Shown: one piece after another, positions 31,453 to 41,456 of the stretch
Layout: every line of letters starts with the position of its first letter
How positions within the stretch are numbered: the stretch's first letter is position 1
IMG/VR virus record: IMGVR_UViG_3300027782_000038
DNA length: 64,000 nucleotides
Direction: 5' to 3' (one strand)
Source: a virus
Notes under the pieces: generated by a model
What the model was told of the DNA's origin: nothing
Seen by the model: only the letters and a program-made list of their open reading frames with translations
Database searches by the model: none
Program-made: the position numbers and the translations under genes

Positions 31453-34400
31453 TGCCTGCGATCATCGTCAATCCGGTTAATGCAATAAATGTCCGTGTTA
31501 ATCAAGGAGATCAGGTAACTGTACCAAGTTCAAATTTAAGTATAATTGATGTTCGTGTTAATCAAGGAACTCAGGTAACTGTACCATCAACATCAATATT
31601 TTCTGGTGCAGTAAATGTACAATCTCAAGTTGATGAGATATATGCAATTGCAAATTCAGCTTCACAGACAGCAAATACAGCATACTACTTAGCTAATAAT
31701 ATATCTACAACAGCAAACAATGCTTTCTATACTGCAAACTTAGCTTCACAGACAGCAAATACAGCATACTACTTAGCTAATAATATATCTACAACGGCAA
31801 ATTCAGCTTTACAAACAGCAAATGCTACAACTGTATTAGCACAATCTAATTATAATTTTAGCAATACTGTTAATGTATTTACGCAAAGTGCCTATAGTGT
31901 TGCGAATTCAGCTTCAGCTAATACTATAATCACTCAGGGTATAGACAACACACAAAATACAAATATTTCTAGTGTAACCAATTATGCTGCATCAGGATTT
32001 GCTAAAGCAAACTCAGCTAATATACTTGCACAATTGGCCTTTGATAAAGCCAACACTGTTAATGTTTATGCTTATTCAGCAAATACATTCTTACAAGCCA
32101 ATGACGTTATCACATTAAGTACTGCACAGACATATACAAATACAACTAATACGGCTATGAAAGCGTATGTTGACCAAGCCAACACCGGATTAAAGTCATA
32201 TGTAGACCAAGCCAATACAGGCATGACTTCTTACGTGCTTTCTTCCAATAATGCTGTAACTGGTTATGTAACATCATCTAATACGGCTATGAAAGCCTAT
32301 GTTGATCAAGCCAATACTGGAATGGCTTCATATGTGTCTAGCAATGTAACATCAGCCAATACTGCAATGAAGGCATATGTCGATCAGGCTAACACTGGTC
32401 TGAAATCGTATGTTGACCAAGCCAACACCGGTATGGCATCTTATGTTTTAGTATCCAATAATGCGGTGTCTGCTTATGTGACTGCTGCTAATACGGCAAT
32501 GAAAACATATGTAGACCAAGCCAATACTGGAATGGCTTCATATGTTCTATCGACAAATAATGCTGTATCAGGATATGTGACTTCATCCAACACAGCGATG
32601 AAAGCTTATGTTGACCAAGCCAATACAGGCATGGCATCATATGTTCTATCGACAAACAATGCTGTATCTGCTTATGTGACAGCAGCTAATACTGCAATGA
32701 AGGCCTATGTCGATCAGGCTAATACTGGTCTAAAGTCATATACAGATGCAACACATTATGCTAAAACTGGTGGTGCCATAACTGGTTCAGTTTCAATTTC
32801 GAATGATCTAACAGTTTCAGGCAACTTATTTGTAAATGGTACAGCAACAACAATTAATACTTCATCAATAGTATTAAATGATCCTTTGCTTTATTTGGCA
32901 AATAATAATTTTATTTCAGATTCAGTAGATATTGGTTTTGTTGGACATTATAATTCAACAACAAATGCTCATACTGGTTTAATTCGTGATCCTAATCTGA
33001 AAGAATACTTATTTTTTCAAGGTTATACACCAGAAATTGAAGCTAATAATTTAATTAACATAGCAGATCCATCATTTGCATATGCTAACGTTTATGCAGG
33101 TTACTTTAAAGGTAATGTTGTTGCTAGTACAGTGAGAACAAATGGAATAGATGTATTCACATATATAACAGCATCTTTTGATAAAGCCAATACCGTAAAT
33201 GTTTTTACGCAATCTGCATATACTACAGCTAATACAGCAAACTCCAAAGCACAAGGTGCATTTGATTTAGCCAATACTCTAACTGGTGGATCATCAATTG
33301 ACGGATATGCTAGACAAACTGCAAATTCAGCTTTTGATAAAGCCAATACAGTAAACGTATTCACTCAAAGTGCATACTCACAAGCAAACTCTGCAAATAT
33401 ATTAGCACAGGCAGCATTTACTCAAGCTAATACAGTCAACACCTATTCTTACTCAGCTTATAGTACAGCAAATACGGCTGCTGCAAATACTGTGGTTTTA
33501 CAATCAGTAAATGATGTACAAAACACTAACATATCAGCAGCATTTGATAAAGCAAACTCTGCAAATATGCTAGCACAGGCAGCATTTACTCAAGCCAATT
33601 CAGCTAACATATTAGCACAGGCAGCATTTACATTTGCCAATACAGTTAATGTATATTCTTACTCATCTTATAGTACAGCAAACTCAGCACAGTCTAATAC
33701 AATTGTACTACAAGGAATAAATACAACCCAAAACACCTGGATTAGTGCTAATGCTGTGTTTACACAATCGGCATTTACTCAAGCCAATTCAGCTAACATA
33801 TTAGCGCAAGGTGCTTTTACATTTGCTAATACAGTTAATACATATTCTTACTCAGCTTACAGCATAGCAAACTCAGCACAGTCTAATACGGTAATAACCC
33901 AAGGTGTAGATGTTACTCAAAACACCTGGATTAGTTCCAATGCAGTATTCACACAGTCTGCATACAATACCGCTAACACTGCTAATAATACAGCAAATAT
34001 TGCTGCAACAAACATAACAGTATTACAATCAGTAAATATCGTACAAAATACCACTATTGGTGCATCTTTCGACAAAGCAAATAGTGCAAATATTTTAGCA
34101 CAAGCATCATTTACATTTGCTAATACAGTCAATACATATGCTTATTCAGCAAACACCTTCTTACAAGCTAATGACGCTACTACTCTAAGTACTGCACAGA
34201 CATATACAAATACAGCTAATACGGCAATGAAGGCTTATGTCGACCAGGCTAATACTGGTATGGCTTCTTATGTTTTGGCATCAAATAATGCTGTAACTGC
34301 TTATGTGACAGCAGCTAATACTGCAATGAAGGCCTATGTCGATCAGGCTAATACTGGAATGGCATCGTATGTACTTTCTACAAACAATGCTGTATCAGGA

Positions 34401-37400
34401 TATGTAACTGCTGCTAATACGGCAATGAAATCTTATGTTGACCAAGCCAATACTGGAATGGCTTCATATGTTTTAGTATCCAATAATGCGGTGTCTGCTT
34501 ATGTGACAGCAGCTAATACGGCAATGAAAGCATATGTAGACCAAGCCAATACTGGAATGGCTTCTTATGTACTTTCTACAAACAATGCTGTATCAGGATA
34601 TGTAACTGCTGCTAATACTGCAATGAAAGCATATGTCGATCAGGCTAATACTGGAATGGCATCGTATGTTTTAGTATCCAATAATGCGGTAACTGGATAT
34701 GTAACTTCTTCCAATACCGCAATGAAAGCGTATGTAGATCAAGCTAACACTGGTCTAAAGTCATATGTAATTCAAGCCAATACAGGCATGGCTTCTTATG
34801 TACTAGCCTCTAATAATGCCGTAACTGCTTATGTGACTGCTTCTAATACGGCAATGAAATCATATGTAGACCAAGCTAATACAGGCATGGCATCGTATGT
34901 GTCTAGCAATGTAATTACTGCTAATACTGCAATGAAGGCCTATGTCGATCAGTCTAATACTGGAATGGCATCATATGTACTTTCTACAAATAATGCTGTA
35001 ACTGCTTATGTAACTGCTGCTAATACATCCATAAAGGCTTATGTTGACCAAGCCAATACAGGGTTGAAGTCTTACGTTGACCAAGCTAATACAGGCATGG
35101 CTTCTTATGTACTTTCTACAAACAATGCTGTATCGGGATATGTGACAGCAGCCAATACTGCAATGAAAGCATATGTCGATCAGGCTAACACTGGTCTGAA
35201 ATCGTATGTTGACCAAGCCAATACTGGTATGGCTTCATATGTTTTGGCATCAAACAATGCTGTATCCGGATATGTAACTGCTGCTAATACTGCTATGAAG
35301 GCGTATGTCGATCAAGCTAATACTGGTCTTAAATCATATACCGATGCAACTCACTATGCTAAAACTGGTGGAACTATTTCAGGATCGGTATCTGTCACAA
35401 ATGACTTAACTGTATCTGGTAATTTAATTATTAATGGTATTTCAACAACTATTAATACTTCATCAATTGTCGTAAATGATCCATTGATATTTCTTGGAAA
35501 TAATAATACTATTTCCGATACTGTTGATATTGGTATTATAGGACATTACAATGCAACACAAAATGCTCACACTGGTGTTTTTAGAGATGCTACTCTAAAA
35601 GAATGGTTTTTCTTCCAAAATTACACACCAGAAATTCGAGCTAATAATTTAATTAATATTGCTGATCCTACTTTTGTCACAGCTAACGTATATGGTGGAT
35701 TCTTTAAGGGTAATCTTGTAGGTAATACTGCAACAGTTGGTGGTATTGAACTTGGTGCATATAGTCAAGCTGCTTATAGTACAGCAAACTCAGCACAGTC
35801 TAATACTGTAGTACTTCAAGGTGTAAATACTACTCAAAATACTTGGTTAAGTTCTAATGCAGCATTTACACAATCAGCATATACATTTGCTAATACGGTT
35901 AATGTATTTACTCAATCGGCATTTACTCAAGCAAATGCTGCTAACATATTAGCACAAGGTGCATTTACATTTGCTAATACTGTTAACACATATTCGTATT
36001 CTGCTTATAGTACAGCCAATTCAGCACAATCAAATACTGTAGCACTGCAAGGCGTAAACACATCTCAAAACACCTGGATTAGTTCTAATGCAGAATTTAC
36101 TCAATCAGCATATACTTTTGCTAATACTGTAAATGTATTCACTCAATCAGCATTTACTCAAGCAAATACAGCAAACATATTAGCACAAGGTGCATTTACA
36201 TTTGCTAATACTCGGTTAGCGAATACAGGAACCTCAATCACTGTCAATGGTTCATCTCAATTAATTATTGCTAATACACAACCTTCAACAAGTAATGTTA
36301 CTGGTGCTTTGGTTATAAGTGGTGGTTTAGGTGTTGCTGGTAACGTTAAGGTAACAGGAACAAACAATTATTTTGCTGGTAACGTTGCTATTGGATCAAC
36401 CGAATTTATATCTGGTGATATACTGTCAATATATCATGCTACGGCTAGTAATCCATTCATAAGTGGAGATTTGAACACAAACTTAACTGTTCATAGAAGT
36501 TCCACAGATGCCGTTGGTCCAAATATGGTGCTTAGAAAATCCAGAGGAACTATGTCCTCGCAAACATCAGTTATAAGTGGTGATGTGCTTGGTACATATT
36601 TTTTTAGCGGTTATAACGGATCTAGCAATTCAAATGTAGCTCATATTAGAGGTACTATTGGTACATTTACTAGTAATACTAATATCAGCAGTTATGTATC
36701 CGTTTTCACATCTCCAGGAGGTACAGCAACACCTTCAGAAAGTATGCGAATTGCTGGTGGAACAATTTCTCTAGGCGCAGCGCCCGGCTCAGAATCCCTG
36801 CGTGTCACGCCTATTGCTAGTGCGGTAAATTTTCTTGAGGTGTTGGGTGCAAGCACAGGCGTATCTCCGGTTCTACAGTCAACTGGCTCAGATACTAACG
36901 TCAACGCAGTATTTGCCACTAAAGGTACGGGCGCACATTTATTTAGAACAAATGGCAACACTGCCAATACACAGTTTCAAATATCCCACTCAGCCTCAGC
37001 TGTTAATTACCTACAAGTGTCGGGTGCGGCTACAACTGGCGCACCTTATTTATTCTCTACTGGTACTGACACAAATGTAGGTATGCAGGTCTCATCAAAA
37101 GGCACTGCGTCAATATCATTTTTTACAAACACTTTTGCACAGGCTCAATTCAGCATCGCCCACACAGCTTCAGCAGTTAACTATCTGCAAGCAACAGGTG
37201 GGTCTACGGGTAATGCGCCGTTACTTACTGCTCAAGGTTCTGATGCAAATATAAGTTTTACGATGCAAGCAAAAGGCACTGGTAGTTTTTATACCTTTGG
37301 CGCTGGTATGTATTATTACAACCTAGCGTCCGCCCCACAATTTGCGGTGACAAGCACAGCCTCAGCAGTTAACTATTTGCAAGTTACTGGTGGTGTATCA

Positions 37401-40400
37401 GGCGGCAGCCCCGTAATTAGCGCACAAGGTACTGATTCAAATATCAATCTTGTATTTGACTCAAAAGGCAGCAACGGACACTTGTTTAGAACTAATGGCG
37501 GTAACCAAACTCAATTCTTTGTAGGACACACTGCCTCAGCGGTTAACTATCTGCAAATAAACGGTAGTGCAACAGGTAATAGAACAAACTTTTACGCTCT
37601 CGGTTCTGACGCAAACGTAGGTATAAATTACAATGCCAAAGGCGCTGAGTACCATGTGTTTACAGCTAACTCTGGTTACGCAAACTTTGTTATTGCGCCT
37701 ACTGTTAATGCCGTAAATCAAATATATGTGACTGGCGGCGCTACGACTGCGGGTGTGAACTTTTCTGCCCAAGGTAGCGATACAAATATCTTCATCACTT
37801 ACGACGCTAAAGGCACAGAGGCGCATAGCTTCAGAACAAACGGTGGTCTGCAACAATTCCGCATTGCACCGACAGCCTCCGCTGTTAATTATTTGCAAGT
37901 AAACGGCAACATAACAAGTGCAGCACCTTTTATGTCTGCACAAGGCTCCGATGCAAACATTGGAATGAGTCTTGTACCAAAGGGTGACAATCCTGTTCAG
38001 GTTTTAGGGAACGGTCAAGCCGTATCCAGCATTAGTACGTCAGGCGCACTTGGCAGTGCGTTGCTTGTTTCGGATACGGCTGGCGCAGCGGGTAACGGTG
38101 GCTCTGTTGTATTTGGTGCGGCATCAGGCTCATGGCGTTTTGCGGCGATTAAGTCTTATGTAACAAACGGCGCATCAAACTCACAAGGCGATTTGTATTT
38201 CTTAACTCGTCGTAATGCTACAGACGCTAACCTTACGCCTTCTATGCAAATTACATCAAGCGGGGCAGTGTCTTTAGGATATGCGTCTGCGGCATCACAA
38301 CCATCTTTACTTGTCACGCCTGTTGCCAGTGCTGTGAATTATGTTGATGTATGGGGTGGGGCAACAGGAACAGGTGGACGCATTTTTGCAAAAGGTTCTG
38401 ATACAAATATTTCTCTTGAATACATTTCAAAAGGCGGGTCGCCACATACGTTTTACACCGGAACCTCTTCGGCTGTTCAGTTTCGTGTTGCCGACACAGC
38501 CTCCGCAGTTAATTACCTGCAAGTAACAGGCAGCGCAAGCACAACGCCAACCCTTTCAGCACAGGGGTCTAGTGCAGACGTTGATATAGTATTGACACCG
38601 AAAGGTACTGGTGGATTACGGTTTACAGGACCACTTCTACCAAACAACTTGGCAGGCACATCGGGACAAGTCTTAACTTCGGCTGGTGCAGGTGCAGTGC
38701 CAACATGGACATCACCAGCCGTAGGTACGGTTACAGGTGTTACAGCAACGTCTCCTGTTGCATCAAGTGGTGGCGCAGCACCTGTCATCAGTTTAAGCGC
38801 CGCATATGGTGACACAACAAACCCATATGCTTCAAAGACAGCTAACTTTGTGCTTGCAGCACCAAATGGATCCGCAGGAGTTCCTACATTTAGAGCAATT
38901 GTTGCTGCCGATATTCCCACACTTAACCAAAACACAACTGGTTCAGCAGCCACCTTAACAACCATTAGAACCCTTTGGGGACAAAACTTCAATGGTAGTG
39001 CTAACGTTACTGGTGCCATTGCTAGTGTAACAACATTATCAATGAATAACCAGTTGACCAATAGTTTAGCTACTGGTACAGCACCATTTGTAATTACTTC
39101 GACAACAAGAGTTGCAAACTTAAACGTGGCAACTGCTGGTACTGCTGACACCGCCACGACTGCTACAACAGCAACTAGCACACCATACCCTGTATTTTCT
39201 GACGATGCAGTATCAAAAGACAACATTACTACTAGAACAAATAGTGGTTTTTATGAATCTAGCACTGGAACTTTAGCAGAAGGATGGCCCACAGATAGTG
39301 GAGGTTGGCATCATTTGTTATCAACAACACATACTAATGATGCAAATTATTATGCTATGCAATTATCCTCTAGATTTGATACTCAAGATTTTTATTATAG
39401 AGCAACCAATGGATCCGGCACTACTGCTTGGTCAAGAGTTCTATTGAGTACGAATTTTAATAGTTTTTCTCCAACCTTAACGGGAACGGGAGCCAGTGGA
39501 TCATGGGGAATTAACGTAACAGGCTCTGCTGCTACAGCTACAACCGCAACAAACCAATCTGGTGGAACTGTTAGTGCTACAACTGGTTCTTTTTCAGGGA
39601 ATATAGCTTTACCTTCGGGTGCAGGAACAAACGCAATTAAAGCAGGTACGGGAGATGGCGCTTCTTTTACAACATATAATTTAAAAATTAATTCTTGGTA
39701 TGGAATTGGTTTTGGTGATTATCAAGATTTAGCTACTGTTAAAGCCTATATTGATTGTCGAACAGGTAATTACGGAACAAGTGGTCAATTTGTTTCTACA
39801 GTTGCTACTGGCACAGCACCATTTTCAGTTGCTTCTACTACTAGAGTGGCAAATCTAAACGTTGCAACTGCTGGTACTGCTGACACCGCAACAACTGCCA
39901 CAACTGCCACAACTGCTACAACCGCAACAAACCAATCTGGTGGAACTGTTAGTGCTACTACTGGCTCGTTTAGCGGATTATTAATAGGTGCCTCATCAGC
40001 CGCAACAAACGTTAATACTGCTAATGACACTGGATCTTTTTCTGTTAGAGGTAATACCAGCACAATCGCTTCAATGTCCTTCCATAGAACTGGTGCATAC
40101 GCAATTAACATGGGATTAGGTACGGATAATATATTCCGTATTGGGGGATGGTCGGCTTCAAACGATTGTTTGCAATTAACAGGCACAGGAAACTTAACAA
40201 CTCTGGGTACCATAACATCCGGCGGGAGTTTAACAGTATTAGGAACAACATCACTAGGAGCCGCAGCAGGATCAGAATCCCTACGTGTCACGACTGTTGC
40301 TAGTTCAGTTAACTACCTGCAAGTAGAAGGAAGTGCAAGCACTACACCAACACTTTCTGCACAAGGTTCTGGTGCAAATGTTGATATAATATTGACACCA

Positions 40401-40754
40401 AAAGGCAGCGGTTATGTTGTCATTGACTCAGCATACTCACCAAACCTGACACTAACAGATGCAGCTACAATTACTTGGGATACTAGTACAGCGGGTGGTC
40501 AAGTGGCAACGTTTACATTTGTATCTACAAATAGAACAATGGGCGCACCAACAAACTTAAAGAATGGAGGTTTTTATGCTTTAGCTGTAATCCAAAATGC
40601 TGGTAGTAACACGTTGACTTGGAACTCAGTATTTAAGTGGGCGGCGGGTGTTGCACCTACATTGTCTACAACAGCAGGGGCTAAAGACTACTTCACATTC
40701 CGATCTGATGGCACAAACCTTTATCAACAAGGTATCTCACAGGCGGTGGCATAA
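31452..40754 (+). CDS. giant mosaic tail fibre (3100 aa)
   Basis: Coiled-coil repeats, a duplicated globular domain, ~52-aa ASAVNYLQV repeats, a knob-like domain, and a C-terminal domain shared with the 1368-aa fibre. Confidence 0.82.
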   Translation: MPAIIVNPVNAINVRVNQGDQVTVPSSNLSIIDVRVNQGTQVTVPSTSIFSGAVNVQSQVDEIYAIANSASQTANTAYYLANNISTTANNAFYTANLASQTANTAYYLANNISTTANSALQTANATTVLAQSNYNFSNTVNVFTQSAYSVANSASANTIITQGIDNTQNTNISSVTNYAASGFAKANSANILAQLAFDKANTVNVYAYSANTFLQANDVITLSTAQTYTNTTNTAMKAYVDQANTGLKSYVDQANTGMTSYVLSSNNAVTGYVTSSNTAMKAYVDQANTGMASYVSSNVTSANTAMKAYVDQANTGLKSYVDQANTGMASYVLVSNNAVSAYVTAANTAMKTYVDQANTGMASYVLSTNNAVSGYVTSSNTAMKAYVDQANTGMASYVLSTNNAVSAYVTAANTAMKAYVDQANTGLKSYTDATHYAKTGGAITGSVSISNDLTVSGNLFVNGTATTINTSSIVLNDPLLYLANNNFISDSVDIGFVGHYNSTTNAHTGLIRDPNLKEYLFFQGYTPEIEANNLINIADPSFAYANVYAGYFKGNVVASTVRTNGIDVFTYITASFDKANTVNVFTQSAYTTANTANSKAQGAFDLANTLTGGSSIDGYARQTANSAFDKANTVNVFTQSAYSQANSANILAQAAFTQANTVNTYSYSAYSTANTAAANTVVLQSVNDVQNTNISAAFDKANSANMLAQAAFTQANSANILAQAAFTFANTVNVYSYSSYSTANSAQSNTIVLQGINTTQNTWISANAVFTQSAFTQANSANILAQGAFTFANTVNTYSYSAYSIANSAQSNTVITQGVDVTQNTWISSNAVFTQSAYNTANTANNTANIAATNITVLQSVNIVQNTTIGASFDKANSANILAQASFTFANTVNTYAYSANTFLQANDATTLSTAQTYTNTANTAMKAYVDQANTGMASYVLASNNAVTAYVTAANTAMKAYVDQANTGMASYVLSTNNAVSGYVTAANTAMKSYVDQANTGMASYVLVSNNAVSAYVTAANTAMKAYVDQANTGMASYVLSTNNAVSGYVTAANTAMKAYVDQANTGMASYVLVSNNAVTGYVTSSNTAMKAYVDQANTGLKSYVIQANTGMASYVLASNNAVTAYVTASNTAMKSYVDQANTGMASYVSSNVITANTAMKAYVDQSNTGMASYVLSTNNAVTAYVTAANTSIKAYVDQANTGLKSYVDQANTGMASYVLSTNNAVSGYVTAANTAMKAYVDQANTGLKSYVDQANTGMASYVLASNNAVSGYVTAANTAMKAYVDQANTGLKSYTDATHYAKTGGTISGSVSVTNDLTVSGNLIINGISTTINTSSIVVNDPLIFLGNNNTISDTVDIGIIGHYNATQNAHTGVFRDATLKEWFFFQNYTPEIRANNLINIADPTFVTANVYGGFFKGNLVGNTATVGGIELGAYSQAAYSTANSAQSNTVVLQGVNTTQNTWLSSNAAFTQSAYTFANTVNVFTQSAFTQANAANILAQGAFTFANTVNTYSYSAYSTANSAQSNTVALQGVNTSQNTWISSNAEFTQSAYTFANTVNVFTQSAFTQANTANILAQGAFTFANTRLANTGTSITVNGSSQLIIANTQPSTSNVTGALVISGGLGVAGNVKVTGTNNYFAGNVAIGSTEFISGDILSIYHATASNPFISGDLNTNLTVHRSSTDAVGPNMVLRKSRGTMSSQTSVISGDVLGTYFFSGYNGSSNSNVAHIRGTIGTFTSNTNISSYVSVFTSPGGTATPSESMRIAGGTISLGAAPGSESLRVTPIASAVNFLEVLGASTGVSPVLQSTGSDTNVNAVFATKGTGAHLFRTNGNTANTQFQISHSASAVNYLQVSGAATTGAPYLFSTGTDTNVGMQVSSKGTASISFFTNTFAQAQFSIAHTASAVNYLQATGGSTGNAPLLTAQGSDANISFTMQAKGTGSFYTFGAGMYYYNLASAPQFAVTSTASAVNYLQVTGGVSGGSPVISAQGTDSNINLVFDSKGSNGHLFRTNGGNQTQFFVGHTASAVNYLQINGSATGNRTNFYALGSDANVGINYNAKGAEYHVFTANSGYANFVIAPTVNAVNQIYVTGGATTAGVNFSAQGSDTNIFITYDAKGTEAHSFRTNGGLQQFRIAPTASAVNYLQVNGNITSAAPFMSAQGSDANIGMSLVPKGDNPVQVLGNGQAVSSISTSGALGSALLVSDTAGAAGNGGSVVFGAASGSWRFAAIKSYVTNGASNSQGDLYFLTRRNATDANLTPSMQITSSGAVSLGYASAASQPSLLVTPVASAVNYVDVWGGATGTGGRIFAKGSDTNISLEYISKGGSPHTFYTGTSSAVQFRVADTASAVNYLQVTGSASTTPTLSAQGSSADVDIVLTPKGTGGLRFTGPLLPNNLAGTSGQVLTSAGAGAVPTWTSPAVGTVTGVTATSPVASSGGAAPVISLSAAYGDTTNPYASKTANFVLAAPNGSAGVPTFRAIVAADIPTLNQNTTGSAATLTTIRTLWGQNFNGSANVTGAIASVTTLSMNNQLTNSLATGTAPFVITSTTRVANLNVATAGTADTATTATTATSTPYPVFSDDAVSKDNITTRTNSGFYESSTGTLAEGWPTDSGGWHHLLSTTHTNDANYYAMQLSSRFDTQDFYYRATNGSGTTAWSRVLLSTNFNSFSPTLTGTGASGSWGINVTGSAATATTATNQSGGTVSATTGSFSGNIALPSGAGTNAIKAGTGDGASFTTYNLKINSWYGIGFGDYQDLATVKAYIDCRTGNYGTSGQFVSTVATGTAPFSVASTTRVANLNVATAGTADTATTATTATTATTATNQSGGTVSATTGSFSGLLIGASSAATNVNTANDTGSFSVRGNTSTIASMSFHRTGAYAINMGLGTDNIFRIGGWSASNDCLQLTGTGNLTTLGTITSGGSLTVLGTTSLGAAAGSESLRVTTVASSVNYLQVEGSASTTPTLSAQGSGANVDIILTPKGSGYVVIDSAYSPNLTLTDAATITWDTSTAGGQVATFTFVSTNRTMGAPTNLKNGGFYALAVIQNAGSNTLTWNSVFKWAAGVAPTLSTTAGAKDYFTFRSDGTNLYQQGISQAVA
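32145..32750 (+). repeat. 11-aa (33-nt) coiled-coil repeats, block 1
   Basis: AMKAYVDQANT / GMASYVLSTNN / AVSGYVTAANT units. Confidence 0.9.
34215..35350 (+). repeat. 11-aa (33-nt) coiled-coil repeats, block 2
   Basis: Same units as block 1, longer array. Confidence 0.9.
36765..38615 (+). repeat. ~52-aa degenerate repeats (ASAVNYLQV.G....P...AQGSD.N....KG), with one more copy at ~40250-40410
   Basis: About ten copies visible in the translation; DNA here is noticeably more GC-rich. Confidence 0.85.
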
Positions 40755-40772
40755 AATAATAAATAAACACTT

Positions 40773-40780
40773 TATAAATA
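40773..40780 (+). promoter_or_regulatory. late promoter TATAAATA
   Basis: Exact T4 late box in the intergenic region before 40822. Confidence 0.75.
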
Positions 40781-40821
40781 TAAAGTAACAATTAACATTA
40801 ATAAAAATATTTGGAAAAATT

Positions 40822-41166
40822 ATGAACACAACTTATACATGGAAAATTAACAGTCTTTCTGTTATGAATGTACCAGAAGAAAATACAGCAGTAATGAGTA
40901 ATTTTACCATTTCTGGCGTAGATGGTAGTTTGACTGGTTCGGTTACTTATTCAGTAAATCTCTTACCTGCTGATGCAGATAATTTTACTCCATATGCAGA
41001 TATTACTCAGACAATGGCTATTCAATGGACAAAAGATGCTTTAGGTACAAGCCGTGTCACAGCAATGGAATCAGAAGTTCAGGCACAGATTGATACACAA
41101 AAAATTCCAACGCCACAACCAGCACCATTGCCTTGGGTTTCAACAGAAGATATTAACGTAGCATAA
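40822..41166 (+). CDS. small fibre-associated protein (possible chaperone)
   Basis: TYTWKI..L, FTPYADIT....I.W, LPW terminus; a type commonly found after fibre genes. Confidence 0.65.
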   Translation: MNTTYTWKINSLSVMNVPEENTAVMSNFTISGVDGSLTGSVTYSVNLLPADADNFTPYADITQTMAIQWTKDALGTSRVTAMESEVQAQIDTQKIPTPQPAPLPWVSTEDINVA

Positions 41167-41202
41167 ATAGTAGTACATTATTAATACATTAGGAGAATTG
41201 AA

Positions 41203-41409
41203 ATGACAGAACAAACTCAACAACCAGAAGCAAAAGATCCAGAACTTACATTGACTCTAAAAATTAGTCAAATTAATGTTTTACTTGCGTCTTTAGATGA
41301 AGTTCCACACAAGTATAGTCGTGGCGTTATTGACACAATTCAACAACAAGCCAGTGCTCAAGTACAAAAACTCCAAGACAGTGGAGAAATCCCTAAATTT
41401 CAAATGTAA
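41203..41409 (+). CDS. hypothetical protein
   Basis: SD AGGAG; CATAAATA at 41162-41169 upstream. Confidence 0.75.
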   Translation: MTEQTQQPEAKDPELTLTLKISQINVLLASLDEVPHKYSRGVIDTIQQQASAQVQKLQDSGEIPKFQM

Positions 41410-41456
41410 TAACATGATTTCTCCTGTTGAATAAATATATTGATAGGAGAATTAAT

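Noticed and set aside
24590-35350. Tandem repeats as CRISPR arrays
   Set aside because: Unit lengths are multiples of 3, in frame, degenerate at wobble positions, with no unique spacers and no cas genes.
38513-40291. Long antisense ORFs (237 aa, 168 aa) and similar shadow ORFs such as 51412-51801 and 14884-15189
   Set aside because: These are mirror frames of Thr/Ala/Gly-biased sense genes, with no SD, promoter or recognisable domain.
27895-40754. Paired C-terminal repeats as a DGR template/variable repeat
   Set aside because: Mismatches are not adenine-specific (C/T, C/G and T/G are seen), both copies are coding, and no reverse transcriptase is in the window.
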